A DNA stretch of 64,000 nucleotides from Betaproteobacteria bacterium (GTDB lineage: Bacteria; Pseudomonadota; Gammaproteobacteria; Burkholderiales; Burkholderiaceae_C). A program made the translations under genes and the position numbers. The DNA lies in the NCBI GenBank assembly GCA_031367285.1, contig JANLPN010000392.1:197-64196 (forward strand). The letters are read 5' to 3'. How positions within the stretch are numbered: the first letter of the stretch is position 1; each line of letters opens with the position of its first letter. This document shows, in pieces, positions 36,270-44,302 of this stretch. The notes below the pieces were generated by a model, which saw only the letters and a list, made by a program, of their open reading frames with translations, had not been told where the DNA came from and ran no database searches.

Positions 36270-37547
36270 ATGATCTTTAAAGAATACCGGCTGCTTGGCC
36301 GTGTGCTAGGCCGTGCCGCACTCGCGGGCGCCTGCGCGCTGTCGTTCGCTTCCGCGGCGGTGCACGCGCAGCCGGTTAAAAAGTACGACTCGGCGAACAA
36401 GGCGTTCTGGGACAAGCCGCCCGCGGATTGGTACCTTGGTGACGAAAACGAAGCCCAGAAAGGCCAGACGCCCCCTGCGGGTCCGGCCCTGCCGACGTCG
36501 ATGGCGGACCTGGAAGCCAACCTGAAGGCGATCAAGCTGCCCAAGGGCTTCACGATCAGTGTTTTTGCCAGCGGCGTCGCCAGTGCGCGGCAGATGGCCT
36601 GGGGCGACAAAGGCACTTTGTTCGTTGGTTCGTTCGGCGTCGGAAGTGTCTATGCCATCACTGACAACGGCGGCAAGAAGGAAGTCAAGACCATCCTGAC
36701 CGGGCTGACCTTGCCCACCGGCATCGCGTTCCGGGATGGCGCGCTGTATGTCGCGGCGGTAAGCAAGATCCTTAAATACGAAAACGCCGAAGCCAATCTC
36801 GACAAGATGCCTGATGCCAAGGTGGTTTACGACGACATGCCGGCCTATACCGCGCATGGCTGGAAGTACCTTGTTTTCGACAAAAATGGCTGGCTCTACG
36901 TGCCGTTTGGCCCGCCGTGCAACGAGTGCCTGCCGCCGACCAGCCTGTCGCAGATACGCCGCGTCAACCCCGACGGCAGCGGCCAGGCTGAGCTGGTTGC
37001 GATGGGCGTGCGCAACAGCGTCGGAGGCGACATCGACCCGCGCAGCGGTGAATACTGGTTTACCGAGAACGCGCGCGACTGGCTGACGAACGACCTGCCG
37101 AGCGACAAGCTGAACCGCATCGCCAGGATCGGAGCGCATTACGGTTACCCGTATTGCCACCAGGGCAACTTGCCGGACCCGAAGTTTGCGATGGGCCACA
37201 AGTGCTCGGAGTTCACGCCACCGGTCGTTAATCTGGGTGCGCATGTGGCGCCCTTGGGGATGAAGTTCTACACCGGCAACCAGTTTCCGGCGGAGTACCG
37301 CAACAACATACTTATCGCCGAGCATGGCTCATGGAATCGCCACAAGTACACCGGCGGGCGCATTTCCCGCGTGGTGACCGATGCCCAGGGCAAAAACCCG
37401 AAACACTCGGTCTTCGCCACCGGGTGGATCAACGGCGACAAGAGTTATTCCGGCCGGCCGGCGGACATCCTGGTCGCCGCCGACGGCTCGATTCTGATCG
37501 CCGACGACTGGGCCGGTGCCATCTACCGCATCAGCTACGCGAAATAG
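36270..37547 (+). CDS. PQQ-dependent sugar/sorbosone dehydrogenase-family beta-propeller, Sec signal
   Basis: GVRNSVG, YGYPYCH, AHVAPLGMKFY, EHGSWNR, GRPADI...DGSILIADD. Confidence 0.87.
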   Translation: MIFKEYRLLGRVLGRAALAGACALSFASAAVHAQPVKKYDSANKAFWDKPPADWYLGDENEAQKGQTPPAGPALPTSMADLEANLKAIKLPKGFTISVFASGVASARQMAWGDKGTLFVGSFGVGSVYAITDNGGKKEVKTILTGLTLPTGIAFRDGALYVAAVSKILKYENAEANLDKMPDAKVVYDDMPAYTAHGWKYLVFDKNGWLYVPFGPPCNECLPPTSLSQIRRVNPDGSGQAELVAMGVRNSVGGDIDPRSGEYWFTENARDWLTNDLPSDKLNRIARIGAHYGYPYCHQGNLPDPKFAMGHKCSEFTPPVVNLGAHVAPLGMKFYTGNQFPAEYRNNILIAEHGSWNRHKYTGGRISRVVTDAQGKNPKHSVFATGWINGDKSYSGRPADILVAADGSILIADDWAGAIYRISYAK

Positions 37548-37625
37548 CCCGCGGTCCATTCCTATTGCCCGCCAGTTGTCCTGGTGGGCAAGTTTTTTTT
37601 GCCGACCCGAAATTATGAAAACGCC

Positions 37626-38207
37626 ATGAAATATGCGGTGGCCTGTGCGGCACTTTCCCTGCTGATCTCGACGGCCCACGGCGCCGACCTTGCGGCCGGG
37701 GCAGCCAAGGCCGAAACCTGCATGGCCTGTCACGGCCAGCGCGGCATTTCGCAGATGCCCGATACCCCGTCTCTTGCCGGCCAGCCGGACGGATTCCTGC
37801 AGTGGCAACTGGTCTACTTTCGCAGCGGCACCCGCAAGAGCCCGCTCATGCAGCCGATGGCTACCAGCCTGAGCGACGACGATATCCGCAATCTCTCGGC
37901 CTACTTCGCCGCGCAGAAGCCGCCGCCGCCGGGCGTGAATGGAGCCGCCGAGCCGGTGATGTTCGCTGCCGGCCAGCAACTGGCGCAGCAAAACCGCTGC
38001 GCCTCCTGCCACAAAGACGACTATTCCGGCACACAGGCCACGCCCCGCACCGCCGCGCAGCGGGAAGACTACCTGGTAAAGGCTTTGCGCGAATTCAAAG
38101 CCGGCGCCCGCACTGGCGGTGGCGTTGCCGCCATGGCAGACGTGGTCTACCCGCTTGCCGACGACCAGTTGCGCGCACTGGCGCATTTCATGGCCCACCT
38201 GCCTTGA
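37626..38207 (+). CDS. Di-heme cytochrome c4-like protein
   Basis: Signal peptide; two CxxCH motifs (CMACH, CASCH); PSLAGQ, axial Met in MQPMA. Confidence 0.9.
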   Translation: MKYAVACAALSLLISTAHGADLAAGAAKAETCMACHGQRGISQMPDTPSLAGQPDGFLQWQLVYFRSGTRKSPLMQPMATSLSDDDIRNLSAYFAAQKPPPPGVNGAAEPVMFAAGQQLAQQNRCASCHKDDYSGTQATPRTAAQREDYLVKALREFKAGARTGGGVAAMADVVYPLADDQLRALAHFMAHLP

Positions 38208-38272
38208 TCTGACCGAGGGAGCGGCGCAAACTGTATTGCGATCTGTTTCCCGACCTTTATGGAGCCAGCGAA

Positions 38273-39283
38273 ATGCCCGCATTGGACCCCGACGTTGAAG
38301 CCCTGCTGGAACTCGGCCGCAAAGCCGGCGCCCGCCCGTTCGAGCAGTTGACGCCCGACCAGGCACGCGCCGCCTATGCCGCCAGCTGGGACCTGCTGCA
38401 ACCCAAGGCGCAAGACGTCGGGTCGGTGCACGACCACACAATTGCAGGCCAAGGCGGCCCACTGCGCCTGCGCGTCTACCGCGCTATCGGAACAGTGGCC
38501 GGCGAGCTGCTTCCCTGCATGGTTTTCCTGCACGGCGGCGGCTGGGTCATCGGCAACCTGGAGAGCCACGACAGGTTTTGCCGCCGCCTCGCCAACCAGG
38601 CCCGAATCTGCGTCGTGGCGGTGGACTACCGGCTTGCGCCCGAGCACCGCTTCCCGGCCGCTCTGGACGACTCGGCCAGCGCCCTGCAGTGGGTCAGCGA
38701 CAACCTGCAGGCGCTCGCCATCGCGCCCGGCCGTCTGGCCATTGGCGGCGACAGCGCGGGCGGCAATCTCGCCGCGGTATTGGCCTTGATGGGGCGCGAC
38801 GGCACGGCGCCGCGCACCATGTTCCAGCTGCTGATTTACCCGGTGGTGGACCTCACGGCGGGCAGCGATTCCTACCGCGGGGTGACGTCCGGTTTTCCGT
38901 TGACGGCGGCCACCATGCATTACTTCATAACCCACTACACACCACAGGCAGGCGACCGGCTCGACTGGCGCGCGTCGCCGCTCAAGGCGGCCAGCCTGGC
39001 CGGCACACCGCCGGCCATGGTCGTGACCGTGGCCAACGACCCGCTGTGCGACGAAGGGCGTGCCTACGCGCGGCGGCTGGAAGACGAGGGGGTACGCGTG
39101 ACGGCGCTGCACCTCAGCGACCACCAGCACGGCATGCTGATGCACGGCAAGCTGGTACGGATGAGCAACGTCATCAATGATTTTGTCGCCGCCGCCGTGG
39201 GTGACGCGCTACACCGTGGCAGAGCGACCCACGACACGGCCGATGGAGTGGCCGGCCCCTCACCGACCGCGTACGCGCCTTAA
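38273..39283 (+). CDS. Alpha/beta hydrolase, HSL-family esterase/lactonase
   Basis: HGGGW, DYRLAPEHRFPAA, GDSAG, DPLCDEG, HG. Confidence 0.93.
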   Translation: MPALDPDVEALLELGRKAGARPFEQLTPDQARAAYAASWDLLQPKAQDVGSVHDHTIAGQGGPLRLRVYRAIGTVAGELLPCMVFLHGGGWVIGNLESHDRFCRRLANQARICVVAVDYRLAPEHRFPAALDDSASALQWVSDNLQALAIAPGRLAIGGDSAGGNLAAVLALMGRDGTAPRTMFQLLIYPVVDLTAGSDSYRGVTSGFPLTAATMHYFITHYTPQAGDRLDWRASPLKAASLAGTPPAMVVTVANDPLCDEGRAYARRLEDEGVRVTALHLSDHQHGMLMHGKLVRMSNVINDFVAAAVGDALHRGRATHDTADGVAGPSPTAYAP

Positions 39284-39318
39284 CCCAAGCGACCCAAGCG
39301 ACCCAAGCGACCCAAGCG
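39283..39318 (+). repeat. Intergenic tandem repeat (ACCCAAGCG)x4
   Basis: Four exact 9-mers starting at the esterase stop codon. Confidence 0.95.
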
Positions 39319-39371
39319 CCATCCGGCCACAGTCCATCCTTGGCGATGGGCCGCCCACCCTGGAGACACCC

Positions 39372-41021
39372 ATGACCCGCACCGAACCCGAAAATTCACG
39401 CCGTGTTGACGCCGTTGTTGTTGGCGCCGGTTTTGCCGGACTTTATATGCTGGTCCGCCTGCGCGAGCTGGGCCTGAAAACACAGGTCTTCGAAGCCGGG
39501 GACGGTGTGGGTGGTACCTGGTACTGGAACCGCTATCCGGGCGCGCGCTGCGACGTGGAGAGCATGCAGTACTCGTATTCGTTCTCGGAAGCGCTGCAGC
39601 AGGAATGGCAATGGACCGAGCGTTATCCCCGGCAGGAAGAAATCCTGCGCTACATCAACCATGTGGCCGATCGCTTCGAACTGCGCCCAGACATCCGGTT
39701 CGAAACCCGCGTCACGGCCGCGGCCTACGACGCGGCCGGCCAGCAGTGGACAGTGCGTACCGATAAAGGCGATACGGTGGTGGCGCGTTTCCTGATTTCC
39801 GCCGGGGGCTGCCTGTCGGCCGGCAGGGTGCCGGACATACCCGGTCTGGACAGCTTCAAGGGCAAGTGGTACCACACCGGCAACTGGCCGCACCACACCG
39901 TGGATTTCAGCGGCCAGCGGGTTGGCGTGATCGGCACCGGGTCATCCGGCATCCAGGCGATTCCTGCCATCGCGCGCCAGGCCAGCCAGGTGGTGGTATT
40001 CCAGCGCACGCCCAATTTCAGCATTCCGGCCTGGAACCGGCCGTTGCCGCGGGACGAGCAACAGGCCTGGAAAGCGAACTATGCCGAACACCGTGAAAAA
40101 GCGCTCGCTACCCGTTCCGGGATCCTGTACGAATACAGCCAGCGGGCGACTTCCGAGGCCACGCCGCAAGAGCGGCAACAGGAGTACGAGCGGCGCTGGC
40201 AACGTGGTGGCGCCAACTTCACCCACGCCTTCAACGATATCTTTGTCAACAAGCAATCCAACGACAGCGCGGCCGAGTTCGTGCGCGACAAGATCCGCGG
40301 CATCGTCAAAGACCCCGAGGTCGCCGCGTTGCTTGCGCCGACCGACCATGCCATCGGTACCAAACGCATCTGCGTCGACACCGACTACTACCAGACCTTC
40401 AACGAAGCGCACGTGCGTCTGGTCGATCTGCGCGCCACGCCCATTACGGACATTGTCGCGGCCGGCATCCGCACGCCTGCCACCACCTACGAACTCGACA
40501 GCATCGTGTTCGCCACCGGCTACGACGCCGTGACGGGGGCACTGGACCGCATCGATATCCGGGGTCCGGGCGGCCGGGCCCTGAAAGAGAAATGGAGTGA
40601 AGGTCCGCGCACCTACCTGGGCATCATGACCGCCGGCTTTCCCAACCTGTTCTTCATCACCGGGCCCGGAAGCCCTTCCGTGCTGACCAACGTGGTGGTG
40701 GCCATCGAGCAGCACGTGGACTGGATCGCGCGTTGCCTGCAACACATGCAAACCCGGCAGCTGGGTGTGGCCGAACCTACGGCGAGCGCCGAAGACGCAT
40801 GGGTGGAGCGTGTCAACCAGGTCGCGGCCGGCACCCTGTTCCCCAGCACCAAGTCCTGGTACATGGGTGCCAACATTCCCGGCAAACCGGCGGTGTTCCT
40901 GCCCTTCGTGGGAGGTTTCGGCAACTACCGGGCCATCTGCGAAGAAGTGGTCATGCAAGCCTATCGGGGATTCCAGTTCACGGACCGCGCACCGCTGGTA
41001 CCGGCCGTTCAACCCCATTGA
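39372..41021 (+). CDS. Type I Baeyer-Villiger monooxygenase
   Basis: GAGFAG, GGTWYWNRYPGARCD, fingerprint FKGKWYHTGNW, GTGSSG, catalytic Arg in TKRIC. GGAGA RBS. Confidence 0.95.
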   Translation: MTRTEPENSRRVDAVVVGAGFAGLYMLVRLRELGLKTQVFEAGDGVGGTWYWNRYPGARCDVESMQYSYSFSEALQQEWQWTERYPRQEEILRYINHVADRFELRPDIRFETRVTAAAYDAAGQQWTVRTDKGDTVVARFLISAGGCLSAGRVPDIPGLDSFKGKWYHTGNWPHHTVDFSGQRVGVIGTGSSGIQAIPAIARQASQVVVFQRTPNFSIPAWNRPLPRDEQQAWKANYAEHREKALATRSGILYEYSQRATSEATPQERQQEYERRWQRGGANFTHAFNDIFVNKQSNDSAAEFVRDKIRGIVKDPEVAALLAPTDHAIGTKRICVDTDYYQTFNEAHVRLVDLRATPITDIVAAGIRTPATTYELDSIVFATGYDAVTGALDRIDIRGPGGRALKEKWSEGPRTYLGIMTAGFPNLFFITGPGSPSVLTNVVVAIEQHVDWIARCLQHMQTRQLGVAEPTASAEDAWVERVNQVAAGTLFPSTKSWYMGANIPGKPAVFLPFVGGFGNYRAICEEVVMQAYRGFQFTDRAPLVPAVQPH

Positions 41022-41031
41022 GGAAATTTTC

Positions 41032-41763
41032 ATGACCCGATTTATCGACCGGGTGTTCCTGATTTCAGGCGGCGCGCGTGGCCTTGGGGAAGCGCAGGCG
41101 CGTGGCCTGGTGGCCGAAGGCGCCAAAGTGGTTATTGCGGATGTGCTGGTGGAGCAGGGCCGGCAATTGGCGGCCGATCTGGGTGGCGCCTGCACCTTCC
41201 AGGAACTGGACGTGACCAGTGAGGCGCAGTGGCGCGAGGCCGTGGCGCTGGCGCGGCGCATCGGCAAGCTGCATGGCCTGGTCAACAACGCCGGCATCTT
41301 CCATCCGGCCTCGATTGCCGATACCAGCACGGAATCATTCGAGCGCCATATGCGCGTCAACCAGCTCGGCACCTTCCTGGGCATGCAGGCGGTGGTCCCG
41401 GCCTTCGAGGACACCGGCAACGGAGCCATCGTCAATATCTCTTCCGCGGCGGGCCTGCGCGGTGCGCCCAACACAATTGCCTACACGGCGACCAAGTGGG
41501 CCGTGCGCGGCATGACCAAGGCCGCGGCTCTGGAGCTTGCGGGCAGGAACATCCGCGTGAACTCGGTCCATCCCGGGCCGATAGACACGGACATGTTGAG
41601 GGTTCGCGGTGCGCAGGAAAACAAGCTGCGCGCCGAACGCGTCCCGATGAAGCGTTATGGAACCAGGGAGGAGATCGCGGGCCTGGTGCTGTTTCTGCTG
41701 TCCGATGCAAGCCGCTACATGACCGGGGCCGAGGTCGCGATGGACGGCGGAATAACGCTGTAG
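41032..41763 (+). CDS. SDR-family alcohol dehydrogenase (3-alpha,20-beta-HSD/CpnA-like), copy 1
   Basis: SGGARGLG, NNAG, YTATK, NSVHPG, DGG. Confidence 0.93.
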   Translation: MTRFIDRVFLISGGARGLGEAQARGLVAEGAKVVIADVLVEQGRQLAADLGGACTFQELDVTSEAQWREAVALARRIGKLHGLVNNAGIFHPASIADTSTESFERHMRVNQLGTFLGMQAVVPAFEDTGNGAIVNISSAAGLRGAPNTIAYTATKWAVRGMTKAAALELAGRNIRVNSVHPGPIDTDMLRVRGAQENKLRAERVPMKRYGTREEIAGLVLFLLSDASRYMTGAEVAMDGGITL

Positions 41764-41824
41764 CAAGAAACGGGCGCGCACGGCGCGCGACGCTACCGGC
41801 CCAACTTTTCTGGAGACAAAACAC

Positions 41825-42556
41825 ATGGCACGATTCACTGACCGGGTTTTCCTGATTTCCGGCGGGGCACGGGGACTCGGTGAAGCACAGGCGCGCTCCC
41901 TGGTCGCCGAGGGCGCGAAGGTCGTCATTGGCGACGTGCTGGCCGACGACGGCCAACGGCTCGCGGCTGCGCTCGGGCCGGCGTGCAGGTTCGAGCGGCT
42001 GGACGTCACCAGCGAAGTGTCCTGGCGCAACGCGGTTGCAGTGGCCGAGTCCCTGGGCCGGCTGCACGGCCTGGTCAACAACGCAGGCGTCTACAAACCC
42101 GTGCCTTTGCTGGAAACCGACACGGCCGAGTTCGAGCGCCACACACGGGTCAACCAGCTGGGCACTTTTCTGGGCATGCAGGCGGCGGTTCCGGCGCTCG
42201 AGCGCACCGGCGGCGGCGCCATCGTGAACATGTCGTCCACCGTGGCGCTGCGCAGCGCACCCAACTCCATCGCCTACACCGCCACCAAGTGGGCCGTTCG
42301 TGGCATGACCAAGGCCGCCGCGCTGGAACTGGTGGATAAAAACATCCGAGTCAACTCGGTGCACCCGGGGCCGATAGACACCGACATGCTGAACGTGCGC
42401 ACACGCGAAGAGAACCTGCGCCGGGCGCAGCAGGTGCCGATGAAACGCCTCGGTACCAAAGAGGAGATCGCGGGTCTGGTGTTGTTCCTGCTGTCGGACG
42501 AAAGCCGCTTCATGACCGGCTCGGAGGTGGCGATGGACGGCGGCGCGGCACTTTGA
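41825..42556 (+). CDS. SDR-family alcohol dehydrogenase, tandem paralog copy 2
   Basis: Same 243-aa length and motifs, with long identical blocks shared with copy 1. Confidence 0.93.
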   Translation: MARFTDRVFLISGGARGLGEAQARSLVAEGAKVVIGDVLADDGQRLAAALGPACRFERLDVTSEVSWRNAVAVAESLGRLHGLVNNAGVYKPVPLLETDTAEFERHTRVNQLGTFLGMQAAVPALERTGGGAIVNMSSTVALRSAPNSIAYTATKWAVRGMTKAAALELVDKNIRVNSVHPGPIDTDMLNVRTREENLRRAQQVPMKRLGTKEEIAGLVLFLLSDESRFMTGSEVAMDGGAAL

Positions 42557-42623
42557 ACGGCTTCCGATAGTCGCGACTCAGGGAAAACCCCTAGGCGGAA
42601 AATCTACTCACGCATGCAGAAAA

Positions 42624-42639
42624 GCTACTGAGTGGTATA
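42624..42639. promoter_or_regulatory. Near-consensus TACT-N4-(G)GTATA operator upstream of ABC binding protein
   Basis: GCTACTGAGTGGTATA inside an AAAAG...CTTTT inverted frame. AGGGAAAACCCC lies at 42580-42591. Confidence 0.5.
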
Positions 42640-42751
42640 CTTTTCGAAAATAGAGAGTGTGTTTCGGGTTTTCGAAAACATGCTGATTCAGGGTCCGGGA
42701 TATTTTCGTAAACGCCGCACACCACCACCGGTGCGCAAACAAGGAGACAGC

Positions 42752-44020
42752 ATGAAAGTTCAACAAGCAGCAAACACTCCCGCCGCGCAACGGCAAGCCT
42801 TTGGGGCCAAAGGCGGCCTGCTGGCCGCCAACCTCGCGCTCGGTATGTTGGCAGGTTCGCTGGCGCTGGCCGCCGGCGCTCAGGAAGTGCCGGCGGACGG
42901 CGTCTACAAGGACCGCGTTGACTGGGGCGTGCTGATGGACATGAGCGGCCCGACCTCCGCTTCGCAGGGCATCTGGGTCAATGGTTTCCAGGACTACATG
43001 CGCAAGGTCAACGAGGCCGGCGGCATCAACGGGCGCAAGATCAATGTGCTGGCCGAAGACAACCGCTACAACGCGGCGACCGACAAGATCGCCTTCGAGA
43101 AGCTGTCCGGCCAGACACCGGTGATCGCCATCTCGGGCATGGGTACTTCGGCCTCCCAGGTCGGCCTGGCCTCGATCATCAAGGGCGGAAAGATTCCCAT
43201 CGTCGGCACCTATACCCCCACCAAGACCTTGTCGGAGCCCGTCACGCCCATGGTTTACAACGGCTTTTGCGGCTACAAGGAAATGGCGCAGACCGGCATT
43301 GGCTACTACGTCGACCAGCTCAAGCTCAAGAACCCCAAGATCATGACGGTGGCGATAGAGAGCACCGGTGGCAAGGAATACCACGAATACGTCTCCGAAG
43401 TGGCGGCCAAACATGGCGGCACCGCGACCTCGGTCACGACGAAGGTGACCGCCGTCGACGTTACGCCGCAGGTGCTGGAAATCATCGCCGCCAAACCCGA
43501 TCTGGTGACGATCTATGGCGTGGCCAATACCGCCATCCTCACGATGAAGGCGATGCAGCAGTACGGCCTGAAGATCCCCACCTTCGGCATCTCCTACCTT
43601 GGCTCACCGCAGGTGTTCGCGGCCATGGGCCCCCAGGCAGGCGCGAACTACAGCTTCGTGAGCTGCTTCACGCCCGGCGGTTCGGACCAGACCCCTGGCA
43701 ACAAGGACCTTTCGGCATTCGCGGACAAGGTTGGCCACGGCGCCATGAAGGAAGACATCAACTACGTCGCCGGATGGGTGGTGGCGCAGATGGGTGCCGA
43801 GGCGCTTGCCAAGGCCGGGCCCGCGCCGACGCGCGCCAAGCTGGTCGAAGTCATGAACGCGGGTTTTGTGGTTGACAGCAAGGGCCTCGCGGCACCCATC
43901 AACTACACCAAGGACAACCACACTGGACCGGTGGTACTTAAGATGTTCGGTTACGACTACGCGACCAGCAAGTTCAAGCATTACGGTGAATACAACGACT
44001 ACACCAAGTACACCAGGTAA
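42752..44020 (+). CDS. Branched-chain-amino-acid-type (LivK-like) ABC substrate-binding protein
   Basis: AAGGAGA RBS; DMSGPTS...NEAGGINGRKI..LAEDNRY; signal-like N-terminus. Confidence 0.88.
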   Translation: MKVQQAANTPAAQRQAFGAKGGLLAANLALGMLAGSLALAAGAQEVPADGVYKDRVDWGVLMDMSGPTSASQGIWVNGFQDYMRKVNEAGGINGRKINVLAEDNRYNAATDKIAFEKLSGQTPVIAISGMGTSASQVGLASIIKGGKIPIVGTYTPTKTLSEPVTPMVYNGFCGYKEMAQTGIGYYVDQLKLKNPKIMTVAIESTGGKEYHEYVSEVAAKHGGTATSVTTKVTAVDVTPQVLEIIAAKPDLVTIYGVANTAILTMKAMQQYGLKIPTFGISYLGSPQVFAAMGPQAGANYSFVSCFTPGGSDQTPGNKDLSAFADKVGHGAMKEDINYVAGWVVAQMGAEALAKAGPAPTRAKLVEVMNAGFVVDSKGLAAPINYTKDNHTGPVVLKMFGYDYATSKFKHYGEYNDYTKYTR

Positions 44021-44047
44021 GTCCGCGCATTCCGCACCCGCCCGATC

Positions 44048-44302
44048 ATGCTGGCACAAGTTTTCTTCAGCGGCCTGGCCCTGGGCAGCATCTATCGCCT
44101 GGTGGCCCTGGGTTTTGCCAGTTTCCTGATCGTCGAGCACGATATTCCGGTCATCATGGACATTTCCGACAAGATTGTCGTACTGGACTTTGGCCGCAAG
44201 ATCGCCGAGGGCACGCCGCACGAAGTGCAGGCCAACGAAGCGGTGATCGCCGCCTGCCTCGGTACCGAACACGGCGCCGCCGCGGATGCCGTCGATGCCT
44301 GA
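44048..44302 (+). pseudogene. In-frame fusion of LivH-type permease N-terminus and LivG-type ATPase C-terminus
   Basis: MLAQVFFSGLALGSIYRLVALGF joined to IVEHDIPVIMDISDKIVVLDFGRKIAEGTPHEV...ACLG. No Walker motifs or LivM remain. Confidence 0.88.
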
